IMG/VR virus record: IMGVR_UViG_3300030037_000006 | Coordinates: 26,762 to 90,761 of that record | DNA from: a virus | Direction: 5' to 3' (one strand) | Length of the DNA: 64,000 nt | Shown: one piece after another, positions 30,962 through 40,122 of the stretch | Layout: each line of letters begins with the position of its first letter | Numbering within the stretch: the first letter of the stretch is position 1 | Position numbers and translations under genes: made by a program | The notes under the pieces: generated by a model | What the model was told of the DNA's origin: nothing | The model's input: only the letters and a program-made list of their open reading frames with translations | The model's database searches: none

Positions 30962-33013
30962 ATGTACAGAAATATTACGTATTCGTTAGACAAATTCAGA
31001 GAAGGTAAAATTAGACTCGATACATGGGATGAAGAAGGAAATCCTATTACTGAAATCCATGACCATGATTCAGAACTATATTACGAATCTAACACAGGTG
31101 AACATACGAGCATGTATGGCACTAAACTTAGACAACTTACATTCAATTCAATAATAGAGAAATCTGTTTGGCGTAAATCCAACAGAGAAAGTAAACGAAT
31201 CTTTAATGATCTTACACCTGTACGAGAATTCTTAGTAAATAAATATGAAGGTCAGCAAGAGACAACTGATTTTACTAAGTTCCAATTCCGCAAATGGTTT
31301 CTGGATATTGAGATTGCTACAACCGGTGAAGGCTTTCCAGAATCTGATGTAGCAGAACAACCGGTTAATATCATATCGATATTTGATACATACCTTCAAG
31401 AGTATCATGTCTTCTATACTTTAGATCCTAAGCATCATAAAGATCAAGTAGATTTAGTACCAAAAGGTGAGAAATATCATGAAACATTTACTAAATTTAA
31501 AGAGAATAGAAAAACTGGTGAATGGGAAATTTCAGGTGGTGTAAAGTATAAGACAGTATATCATGACTGTAGAGATGAAAAGACTCTCTTTAAGGAGTAT
31601 ATACAGTTTACTGAAAACAATTACCCTGACATTATATCTGGATGGAATGTAGATGGCTTCGATGTACCATACATTTGCAACAGAGTCATTAATCTCTTTG
31701 ATCAAAGAACTTTAGAAAGATTATCTCCAATTGGCAAGATAAATGGCCGTGAAGTATTTGATATTATTAATCAAAAGACAGTTACTGAATTTACATTTGA
31801 AGGTATCACTGTGATGGATTATTGCTTCCTCTACAAGAAGAAGTTTAATATCATGGAAAAACGTACCAACTATAAGCTTGACACAATTGCATTCACTCAC
31901 TTAGGTGCTGGTAAATTAGAATATGATTGTACTATTCATGAATTCTGGCGTAGAGACATGGCAAACTATATCGAATACAATAGAATCGATGTGGAGAGAG
32001 TATATCAATTAGACTTAGTTCTGAACTATATCAACCTTGCTCGAACTCTTTGTAATATTGGTTTAGTAGAATACTCATGTATTTATAAATCAGCTCCATA
32101 TATTTACGGTGCTCTTACTGTTCAAGCTCGATCTGAAGGACGATTACTCTTATCATCTACACCAGAATCTCTTAATAGTAATGCAGATGATTATGCTGGT
32201 GGCTATGTTAAAAATGCTCAGGCTGGATTGTATCTAGATGGCATTGCTTCGTACGACTTGAACTCACTATACCCATCCATTATTCGAACTCTTAACATAT
32301 CACCTGAAACTAAGGTTGGTAGAGTTATTGATGACGATGATCCTAATGAAATAGTATTCAGATACGAAACTGGTAACATGGAATACTTTACTGCTAAAGA
32401 ATTTGAAGCATTTGAACGTAGATATATTAAAGCTGCTAACGGAGTTTATTATGTCCAACATGAAGAGCTTCATGGAATTCTTCCTAAATGGTGTGCAAGA
32501 TTATATGCTTTGCGTACATCTACACGTGCCACACAGAAAGAACATAAAGATTCTGTGATGAGATTACAGAATGAACTTGATGAAGATGGTACTACTAATC
32601 AACGTAAGAAAGAGATTAAATCTGAAATGACTACTCTATCAGCATTGATTGATATCCTAGAATCTACTCAGCATGCAATTAAGATTGTTATTAATACTGC
32701 ATACGGTGTTATTGGTAGTGCATTCTTCCAGTTATACGATATTGAAAATGCAGAAGCTATTACAACATCAGGTCAATACATTATTCAGTGCGCGGATGGA
32801 TTCATTAATAAGTATATCAGACATAAGTATAAAAATGCTCCGAGTGTAGTAGCAGATCCGTTAGAACAGACGGATCGAATAGTGTACGGAGATACGGATT
32901 CCGTGTCACAAGATACTCGTATCCAAACACTTAGACATACGATCGATTCTAGTAGTGCAGTAAAGGAAACTATGCGTATCGATGATCTATTCGAAGCATA
33001 TCTAATAGACTGA
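30962..33013 (+). CDS. gp43: Family B DNA polymerase, N-terminal part (exo, palm, fingers) fused to split intein N-fragment
   Basis: FLDIE, GWNVDGFD, YNRID, SYDLNSLYPSII, KIVINTAYG, YGDTD; rest of palm and thumb absent. Confidence 0.93.
   Translation: MYRNITYSLDKFREGKIRLDTWDEEGNPITEIHDHDSELYYESNTGEHTSMYGTKLRQLTFNSIIEKSVWRKSNRESKRIFNDLTPVREFLVNKYEGQQETTDFTKFQFRKWFLDIEIATTGEGFPESDVAEQPVNIISIFDTYLQEYHVFYTLDPKHHKDQVDLVPKGEKYHETFTKFKENRKTGEWEISGGVKYKTVYHDCRDEKTLFKEYIQFTENNYPDIISGWNVDGFDVPYICNRVINLFDQRTLERLSPIGKINGREVFDIINQKTVTEFTFEGITVMDYCFLYKKKFNIMEKRTNYKLDTIAFTHLGAGKLEYDCTIHEFWRRDMANYIEYNRIDVERVYQLDLVLNYINLARTLCNIGLVEYSCIYKSAPYIYGALTVQARSEGRLLLSSTPESLNSNADDYAGGYVKNAQAGLYLDGIASYDLNSLYPSIIRTLNISPETKVGRVIDDDDPNEIVFRYETGNMEYFTAKEFEAFERRYIKAANGVYYVQHEELHGILPKWCARLYALRTSTRATQKEHKDSVMRLQNELDEDGTTNQRKKEIKSEMTTLSALIDILESTQHAIKIVINTAYGVIGSAFFQLYDIENAEAITTSGQYIIQCADGFINKYIRHKYKNAPSVVADPLEQTDRIVYGDTDSVSQDTRIQTLRHTIDSSSAVKETMRIDDLFEAYLID
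32900..33010 (+). mobile_element. Split intein N-fragment, 37 aa, Ser1, no Cys
   Basis: SVSQDTRIQT...ETMRIDDLFEAYLID* immediately after YGDTD (Pol-c intein site); block A-like SVxxDTxI and IxDLF. Confidence 0.8.
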
Positions 33014-33020
33014 ATATAGC

Positions 33021-33074
33021 GATACTACCTCTGTATATGGATAAATACTAATACTAAATAACAGAGGTAGTATC
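33021..33074 (+). promoter_or_regulatory. RBS-sequestering hairpin with late promoter in the loop
   Basis: gatactacctctgt / acagaggtagtatc 14-bp perfect inverted repeat; GATAAATA 33040-33047 in loop; GAGGT in 3' arm. Confidence 0.8.
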
Positions 33075-33079
33075 CATAA

Positions 33080-34126
33080 ATGAATAATTTATTTAACAGC
33101 TTTATCCCGAACGAAGAATTTCAGATATATATTAATGCATGCAATATTAATATATCCAGATATAAATGTAGATCATGTGAAAATAGTATATTAGACTTAG
33201 ATTCCACACATAAAATTAGATGTAATCGAAGTAAGATAGTTCCTGGTGGTACGAGGAAAAATCCCAAACGGGACATTATACCTAATGAAATTGTATTTAA
33301 CGGCTGGACCCACTGGGAAAAGAAATGGAACAACGGAGTCTTAGAACCAAAGAAATTCACGGAAGGATTAGAACTATATAGGCATACTTGTTGGAATTGT
33401 TTCTTTAAAAAATCTAAATGTAAATACGCCAAGAAGAAGCAAGTACCTCCACCTAATATACTAGTAGACAATCTACATTTGGTTTATGATATATCCGAGT
33501 CAGATTATAATGACATTCGGAATGCTAAATTTGACACAGCGTCTTTATCATCATTCATAAAACGCCATGGCAAAACTAAAGGAACACGGAAGTACAAAGA
33601 ATACCAGAAACTCCAAGCATACGCTGGTAATTCACTCGAGTATTTCCAAGCAAAGTACGGTGATACAAAGGGCATTGAAAAATATTCAGAACTAAATGAA
33701 AACAAAACAAAAAACTGGATTGAATCTACTAGTAAGCATAGTAAATATGGTAGTAGCTATAGTAAAGTATCGATGGGTTTATTTGAAAAAATTAAATCAG
33801 ATGAATCTATGTATAAAGATAACGAATTCAAAATAGTTAATTCAACTACTGGTAGAAACTATTTTGTTGATTTTTACAACCCATCTACAAAGAAAGTAAT
33901 CGAATTCAACGGAGACTTTTGGCATGCAAACCCTTCCGTTGCTAGATATACACCAGATTCTATAGGTGCTCATGGTATGACGTCATCTGAAATTTGGGTT
34001 AAGGATAAAATAAGATTAGATGAAATTAAATCGCAAGGATATGAAGTTTTAGTAGTATGGGAAAACGAGTATGCAAATGATCCTGTTGGAATTATTAATA
34101 AATGTATTAAATATTTAGAAGAATAG
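33080..34126 (+). mobile_element. Free-standing Vsr/DUF559-like homing endonuclease
   Basis: CxxC motifs, K(R/Y)(H/Y)GxxKG repeats, C-terminal VDFY...VIEFNGDFWHANP...KD..R...GYEVLVVWENE. Confidence 0.85.
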
Positions 34127-34155
34127 GTGTACAAAAATTGAATATGGATTAGAAT
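34127..34155 (+). promoter_or_regulatory. Early (sigma70-type) promoter GTGTAC-N17-TAGAAT
   Basis: Same architecture at 34988, 45854, 51073, 52116. Confidence 0.65.
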
Positions 34156-34196
34156 CTACTAATCTATATTTTAATATTTTAACTTAGGAGTATTTA

Positions 34197-34559
34197 ATGT
34201 CTACATCATCAGGTCAAATGACAGACCCTCAGTTCGGTCTATTTTTGTTTGAACGTTATATTGCTCGAATGAAAATGAAATATTGGAATAGTAGCAGTTG
34301 CAGTTCTCTTATACCCAGTACCTCGCCTCCTAGTATGAAAGAACTCGATAGTCTATATGAAGCAGCTGGCATTACTTTAAAAGATTGGTTCGTATCATCA
34401 GATGATACTACTACTAAGTATTTTGAATTATTAAACAAGCATTATAACAGTTGCATTGATACGTGGTATGAATCATATGAAATTCATCAACGTAATGTAA
34501 ATGAATATGTTAAATCTAAATATGAATTTGGAGTAGAAGCTATGTACGGAGATCTTTAA
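34197..34559 (+). CDS. Hypothetical early protein
   Basis: RBS AGGAG, early promoter. Confidence 0.7.
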   Translation: MSTSSGQMTDPQFGLFLFERYIARMKMKYWNSSSCSSLIPSTSPPSMKELDSLYEAAGITLKDWFVSSDDTTTKYFELLNKHYNSCIDTWYESYEIHQRNVNEYVKSKYEFGVEAMYGDL

Positions 34560-34975
34560 TGAGTGTAGAATGGTCATATACATATAACAAAAACTCTGCT
34601 AAAGCTTATGCATGTGATTTGATAATGTCTACACCAGGTCAGACTATTATTAACAATCATCAAGACGTACAAAAATATAAAGATTCTATGACATTTGAAG
34701 ATTGGTGGAATCCTGGTCATTTCGAGTGGAGTCACCTATGGGAGTTAAACAAACAAGAAGCAGCTCATATAGATATTTGGTATCCTGACTATCTAATTCA
34801 TTGCAGAGAAGATTCAATAACTCCACTTAATAAAATGGTATTTGAAGTTCATTCTCTTTATGGAGATTCATCTAGGGATGAGTTAAACTTAACGTATTAC
34901 GCAGGTAAGACTCCTTATGACAAATCGATAGTTTACTGTCCATACATTCCAATAACATTATCAGATAAAAAATAA
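34559..34975 (+). CDS. Hypothetical early protein with MCP-like C-terminal motif
   Basis: Ends YAGKTPYDKSIVYCPYIPI, compare gp23 YKGTDKYDSGIAYCPYVPI. Confidence 0.7.
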   Translation: MSVEWSYTYNKNSAKAYACDLIMSTPGQTIINNHQDVQKYKDSMTFEDWWNPGHFEWSHLWELNKQEAAHIDIWYPDYLIHCREDSITPLNKMVFEVHSLYGDSSRDELNLTYYAGKTPYDKSIVYCPYIPITLSDKK

Positions 34976-34987
34976 TTCCATTTAGAG

Positions 34988-35016
34988 GTGTACGATTGTT
35001 TTTAGTGTAGTATCTT
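34988..35016 (+). promoter_or_regulatory. Early promoter GTGTAC-N17-TATCTT
   Basis: Spacing and motif shared with other early promoters. Confidence 0.6.
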
Positions 35017-35045
35017 ATACTATCAATTAAAAAAAGGACTGTATC

Positions 35046-35252
35046 ATGGAAGACTATATCAAACAAATAATATTGAAATATACTGATCGTTACAAAGCAT
35101 CGAATGGTAAGATTGATAATGCGTTTGCTAACGGTAAAAGAGTTGCTTGGTCACAAGCTATTAACATTCTTATTAACACTGCACCTGATAATCTCAGAGA
35201 ATCTCTTAATAAATTTGCAGATGAACATTTCGACAAAGAAGACAATGTCTAA
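35046..35252 (+). CDS. Hypothetical protein
   Basis: 68 aa, RBS AAGGA. Confidence 0.6.
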   Translation: MEDYIKQIILKYTDRYKASNGKIDNAFANGKRVAWSQAINILINTAPDNLRESLNKFADEHFDKEDNV

Positions 35253-35499
35253 GTTATTAATTGGACAAATCAGAGAAACTCCTGAAACTTCAGATCCACC
35301 TCCGTTAAATAAAGGGTTTACTTACAAAATAACTAAGCTCTTACCTAAGTCAGCAGCTGGACATAAAATAAGAGTAGAAATTCTCATAGGCAATCATAAC
35401 TGGCCCACTGGAAAAACATGGGACTTTGAAAGAATAATTATGTACGAAGACAAAGTCATCTCAGAAACTGAATACTTAACCAAAGCTTTATATAAATAA
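35245..35499 (+). CDS. Hypothetical protein
   Basis: Likely start MSKLLIG at 35245. Confidence 0.6.
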   Translation: MSKLLIGQIRETPETSDPPPLNKGFTYKITKLLPKSAAGHKIRVEILIGNHNWPTGKTWDFERIIMYEDKVISETEYLTKALYK

Positions 35500-35509
35500 A
35501 GGGAATATC

Positions 35510-35731
35510 ATGGACACATACGTAACATTTGGATTTGATCATAAACATGAAGTTAACGGAGTCGAGCTGGATAATGACACAGTAGCAGTAATTACGTCCA
35601 ACTCAGCTCAAGAAGGTAGATCCATTGCTTTCAAACTCTTCGGTACTAAGTTTTGCATGGAATATCCTGAACAACATTGGGATGAATCTAAGATGCACTT
35701 CTTTCCTAAAGGTAAAGTGAGGGTCAACTAA
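35510..35731 (+). CDS. Hypothetical protein
   Basis: 73 aa; TYVTFGFDH...FG.KFC..Y pattern of small phage proteins. Confidence 0.65.
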   Translation: MDTYVTFGFDHKHEVNGVELDNDTVAVITSNSAQEGRSIAFKLFGTKFCMEYPEQHWDESKMHFFPKGKVRVN

Positions 35732-36333
35732 TGGATACATACTCATATAAAGGATTTTCTTTTCATAAGATTGATATTCCTGAAGATTTCAAAGTTACTG
35801 AGAATTGGGTGTTAGATCATTTCGATATAGAATACAATCGTACTGTTAGATCCGGTGAATCTAATACTATATGCGCTGATATCAAACATACTATTTGCAA
35901 TAATATGACATCTACTTTGAATGTTGAAGAGCGTAGAGTAACACGGAAATATGTCGACGAAGAACTAGGTGACCGTGAACTTCCATTTGATGTATTTAAA
36001 GAAAGACTAATAGCTGCAGCTGACGATATCAAAAGTCAATGCGAAACACTAGTAAAATCTGATATGGAAACTAGATATCCAGAGTCTTATGGAAGTAAGT
36101 TAGTAGTTACATGTAGCGAGTATAATAATGGCGAATACGAACCTGAAATAGAGTTCACTGCTTACTATAGATTTAAAACCAAAGATAGTAGAGAAAAAAC
36201 TATTAAGAGAATGGTAAGTTCTTTGAGTAATAAATACGATAAGTTTGTTTTATCTAAAGATAAGAAAGCTAACGCTGATAAAGAAGAAATGGAACTCTAC
36301 TTAAAACTACATAAGAAACATGGACCTAAATGA
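35731..36333 (+). CDS. Hypothetical protein
   Basis: 200 aa, translationally coupled. Confidence 0.65.
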   Translation: MDTYSYKGFSFHKIDIPEDFKVTENWVLDHFDIEYNRTVRSGESNTICADIKHTICNNMTSTLNVEERRVTRKYVDEELGDRELPFDVFKERLIAAADDIKSQCETLVKSDMETRYPESYGSKLVVTCSEYNNGEYEPEIEFTAYYRFKTKDSREKTIKRMVSSLSNKYDKFVLSKDKKANADKEEMELYLKLHKKHGPK

Positions 36334-37355
36334 AATCAATAGAAGACCTGTCACTTTTTATAGATGATCTGATACGTGACTCAATTTACATGGATGTACC
36401 TGGACGTAAGAAAAACGTGGGTACTAGAATCAATTGTAAATGTTTCATCTGTGGCGATTCTGCTAAAGATCTTAATAAAACTCGAGGCTGGTTTTATCTA
36501 AACAATAATCCCATTAGCTATAGTTGTTTCAACGAAGGTTGCACAGCAAAAGGTATAAGCCTATTAGCTAAAATGAAAAACATCGAAGTAAAAGAAGCTT
36601 ATAAGCTAGTAATGTTATATGCTAATAGTGATAGCGATGTCAATCATATAGTAGAACGAGAAGAGAAACCAAAGCTCGAAGAAATTAAGATCGATAAAAT
36701 TGACTTCCCTCCGACTTGGAATGACTACACTAAAAATATTAATGCAGTTAACTGTCTAAGCTCTAGATTTATACTTGATGCGCCCTTCGGTATTGACAAC
36801 CAAAAGTATTACTACTGCACAAAAGAAAGACGACTCATAATACCTTGGATGTATGCTAGTGAAGTTAAGACTTATCAATCAAGATCTATACTATTAGGAG
36901 ACAAAGGTCCTAAATACAAATTCAAAAGTAATGCTGAGAAAATTGTATACGGAATAGAAAAGGAATTCGATCCTGATATTCCTTATGTATTTATTCATGA
37001 AGGTGTATTTGATTCTATATTTGTTCCTAACTCTATTGCTGTTGGAAGTATCATTCCTAATAATGCTCAATGGGATACTATCAGAAATACTTTCTTTAAT
37101 TATAAGAGTGTACTATTCTTTGACAATCCTTGGAAAGATGAGGCTTCAACTAAGTTAGTATTTAAACTTTTACGTAAAGATCCTAAGCAACTTATGTTTC
37201 TTTGGCCTAAGAAGCTTGAAAATTTTAAGGATGTGAATGAACTAGTAGAGTACACTAAAGATCCAAAAGTAATGACAAAGAAGAAATTTCTAATGTCTAG
37301 AGTAGTCACGGTACAGCAAGCAGCACTTGCTTTAAAGTTTAAGCGAGACATCTGA
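36330..37355 (+). CDS. gp61: DNA primase
   Basis: Zn ribbon CFICGDS...CFNEGC; RLIIP, YQSR, TOPRIM EGVFDSIF, FFDN, KDVNE. Confidence 0.92.
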   Translation: MKSIEDLSLFIDDLIRDSIYMDVPGRKKNVGTRINCKCFICGDSAKDLNKTRGWFYLNNNPISYSCFNEGCTAKGISLLAKMKNIEVKEAYKLVMLYANSDSDVNHIVEREEKPKLEEIKIDKIDFPPTWNDYTKNINAVNCLSSRFILDAPFGIDNQKYYYCTKERRLIIPWMYASEVKTYQSRSILLGDKGPKYKFKSNAEKIVYGIEKEFDPDIPYVFIHEGVFDSIFVPNSIAVGSIIPNNAQWDTIRNTFFNYKSVLFFDNPWKDEASTKLVFKLLRKDPKQLMFLWPKKLENFKDVNELVEYTKDPKVMTKKKFLMSRVVTVQQAALALKFKRDI

Positions 37356-37412
37356 GCATTAGAGATAAATAATATAAATTAAATTATTATCATAATATTC
37401 GGAGACTTGAAT

Positions 37413-38126
37413 ATGAAACAAACATTGTTAGAAAAATACAACGGTCGTAAAGCTGGAATGAGCTCATTGGACCTCGACGAAGATTTCCAAGCTGTACAAG
37501 CAGCATACGCTAAATCACGTGAAACTATTGCAAGCAAATCACTATTGCAAGAAAAATCCAGCATTGCTAATTCTACATTGGCAGAATCTAAATCTTTGAC
37601 AGATGCTACTGCAGCTCTGTTTGCTCTGTTCGAATCAGTACTACCTAGCTTTAAAGAACAACATGAAAAAGAATGCCTAGCTGAAGCTTTCGAAATTGCA
37701 AGTGGTATGATCACTGGTAAATCTACTATGCTAGCTGAATCAATTAATACTGATGAGCATAAACAATTGCTATCTGAATCTGTTCAAGCTGCACTTCCTA
37801 CTTTCAAAAATATCTTTGCGGAATTTAAAAATTCTGTTGCTGATAGATCAAAAGAAATTGAAGCAGGTCTTGTACTTACTGAGTCTGCATCACTTTCAAC
37901 TGAAGAAGAAGCAATCTTTATTCTTGATAAGCTCACATTCAATATGACTAATATTGATTCACATACTACTCTCGCTGAGTCTGTAGTTGCTTCAATTCAG
38001 AAGTTTGAAGCTGAAGGTAAATCTTTAGTATCATCAGTTCTTAGAGATGCATATGAATCTACTGTAGATGAATCTCAAGTAGAGTTTAACTCACGTCTCT
38101 CTTCACACGATTACCTTTTGGTGTAA
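37413..38126 (+). CDS. Late protein, probable internal head/prohead protein
   Basis: GATAAATA 37364-37371; repeated LAES/LSES/LTES gp21-type cleavage-like motifs. Confidence 0.55.
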   Translation: MKQTLLEKYNGRKAGMSSLDLDEDFQAVQAAYAKSRETIASKSLLQEKSSIANSTLAESKSLTDATAALFALFESVLPSFKEQHEKECLAEAFEIASGMITGKSTMLAESINTDEHKQLLSESVQAALPTFKNIFAEFKNSVADRSKEIEAGLVLTESASLSTEEEAIFILDKLTFNMTNIDSHTTLAESVVASIQKFEAEGKSLVSSVLRDAYESTVDESQVEFNSRLSSHDYLLV

Positions 38127-38129
38127 ACA

Positions 38130-38450
38130 GTGGACAACGCTGAAAGAATTAATGCAAGTTTAAACTCTGATCTTAATGAGTTGATACTTGAATTTAATAA
38201 GCGATCATGCTCAAGACGTATTGTTCTTGAGAATGTTGATCACACTTTACTTATTGAATCTTCAAGTAAACCAACCATTTATGATCTTCGTGTTTTATTC
38301 ACTATCATGGCTTCACAGACGGGCAGTGGACAATTAAGATCTATATGCAATGAGATTGTAAAGACTTTAGCTAAAATGGAAATGTATAAGATTGCAAATC
38401 CACGAGTACCTAAACTTCAGAATCCATCTCCGCCCGCATTTGGTTTCTAA
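38130..38450 (+). CDS. Hypothetical protein
   Basis: 106 aa, GTG start. Confidence 0.6.
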   Translation: MDNAERINASLNSDLNELILEFNKRSCSRRIVLENVDHTLLIESSSKPTIYDLRVLFTIMASQTGSGQLRSICNEIVKTLAKMEMYKIANPRVPKLQNPSPPAFGF

Positions 38451-38470
38451 ATAATAAAATCATTATTTTT

Positions 38471-38501
38471 AAAGAGTAGAATTAATTTTCTACTCTTTTT
38501 T
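38471..38501 (+). terminator. Intrinsic terminator
   Basis: aagagtaga-attaattt-tctactctt + T run. Confidence 0.75.
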
Positions 38502-38535
38502 GTTTTATATGTCTAAACTAAAAAGGATATATAAT

Positions 38536-39147
38536 ATGAAGATCGCGGCCTTTGATACAGAAACCACCGGACTACACACAACTTGTATGCCATGGCAATT
38601 CGCCTGTAAGATAATTGATTTCGAAAATGAGAACATCGATTATAACATTTACTTTGAACCGCCTGCAAGTGACATGAAAGAACTGTCACAATGGGTTAAG
38701 GATAATACTGACCTCGTTAAACTAGTTGAATCTGGTACACTTAAAACGTCTGAGGTAGCATTCAATGAGATCATTGATTTCCTTGAAGAACAAACAAATG
38801 GCGGCCAAGATAAACTCATTCCAATGGGACAAAACATTCAATTCGATTTAGATGTTCTCGCTAGATTGTTCCATCAGTTTAAACATACTAATCATAAATA
38901 TCAGAAGATCGCAGTAAAGAAGTATTTTGATTATCATCAAATTGAACTAGGAACTATTTCAAATCTAGCTTATATCAGTGGAGCAATTGATTTTGGTAAG
39001 AATCAAAAGCTTGGAACGGTAGCTGAATGTCTAGGTGTAGAAGTAGATGAAGACTCTTTACACGATGCAAGATATGATGTTGAAATGGCTTATGAAGTAT
39101 TTTTAGCTTATAACAGAATTCTTACCTTCGATATGTCTAAACTGTAG
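38536..39147 (+). CDS. DEDDh 3'-5' exonuclease (DnaQ-like)
   Basis: AFDTETTG, GQNIQFD, LHDARYD. Confidence 0.88.
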   Translation: MKIAAFDTETTGLHTTCMPWQFACKIIDFENENIDYNIYFEPPASDMKELSQWVKDNTDLVKLVESGTLKTSEVAFNEIIDFLEEQTNGGQDKLIPMGQNIQFDLDVLARLFHQFKHTNHKYQKIAVKKYFDYHQIELGTISNLAYISGAIDFGKNQKLGTVAECLGVEVDEDSLHDARYDVEMAYEVFLAYNRILTFDMSKL

Positions 39148-39215
39148 TTACAGTTACTACTGCCATAATAAGATAAATAAAATAAAATATAATATTTTAA
39201 ACAAGGACTCTTATT

Positions 39216-39659
39216 ATGGCTTATAACTCAGCCTTAAACTCAGGTTTCGCAGATAGAAAGTCGTGGATGGAAGTAGATAATGCTATTATCGCATCTGATA
39301 TTCTACCAGCAGAAGAGGCAACAAACCTCGATCGCTATAACGTTGATACCGCAGAAGATCGCAGATATGCTCAGTTAGTATATGTAGTTAATCCTGCCGG
39401 AACAACTGTAGTAACTATACCTGACACTGTAATGACCGAAGAGAATACGTATTCATCAGTTATCGAAGAAACAACTTCAGGTGATACCTACGTAGCAGAA
39501 GCTGCTCCCGGAACCGCAAGAGGTTCAGCTTTATGGAGAGTAAAACAAATCATCACTACTCCAGGTGGATCGTTTAATACAACTACTATTAAGTGGGCTG
39601 GTACCGGAGCTTTCGATCAAGTAGCAACTGCTCCTTTAAGTGGCTTAGTTTACTCTTAA
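39216..39659 (+). CDS. Putative virion structural protein
   Basis: Late promoter 39172-39179; TYVAEAAPGT...ALWRVKQI...IKWA..AFDQV. Confidence 0.6.
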   Translation: MAYNSALNSGFADRKSWMEVDNAIIASDILPAEEATNLDRYNVDTAEDRRYAQLVYVVNPAGTTVVTIPDTVMTEENTYSSVIEETTSGDTYVAEAAPGTARGSALWRVKQIITTPGGSFNTTTIKWAGTGAFDQVATAPLSGLVYS

Positions 39660-39663
39660 TATC

Positions 39664-39885
39664 ATGGAAAAACATAAACTTAAAACACATCGTAATATTA
39701 AGATAGAAGATCTTGATGGCATGCAAACTGATGTTAAGACTTTACTATCAGCGGAGCTTAAATGCTCCAAAGAAGAGTCTGGATCAATATATCCCAAGGA
39801 AATACTAGAAGAACAAAAGTTTATTAAAAAAACTTACCTTCGGACTAGGTTTGTGATACAAAATTTGTTTCTTTTTAATAAATAA
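39664..39885 (+). CDS. Hypothetical protein
   Basis: 73 aa ORF. Confidence 0.45.
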   Translation: MEKHKLKTHRNIKIEDLDGMQTDVKTLLSAELKCSKEESGSIYPKEILEEQKFIKKTYLRTRFVIQNLFLFNK

Positions 39886-39913
39886 ACAAACGTAAACTTA
39901 TAAAGGATTAACC

Positions 39914-40117
39914 ATGGAAAAAAATCAAATTAAACTATCTGTAGCATTAGAAGACTCGAGTATAAATAAATTCATATGCGACAGAGGATTTACATTTACT
40001 CGATCCGACAAATATCCAGACACTTTTTACTTCATTACTGAAGATGATACAGAAGACGAAACTACCTCTGAGTATCTTGCTCATTGGGGTATTGAATACG
40101 TCTACAAACTAGGTTAA
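39914..40117 (+). CDS. Hypothetical protein
   Basis: 67 aa, RBS AAGGA. Confidence 0.6.
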   Translation: MEKNQIKLSVALEDSSINKFICDRGFTFTRSDKYPDTFYFITEDDTEDETTSEYLAHWGIEYVYKLG

Positions 40118-40122
40118 TTATA

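Noticed and set aside
33011-34200. Group I intron or contiguous (cis) intein interrupting the polymerase
   Set aside because: No downstream exon or IntC-thumb sequence follows the endonuclease. The endonuclease has its own RBS and promoter, and an early promoter follows its stop.
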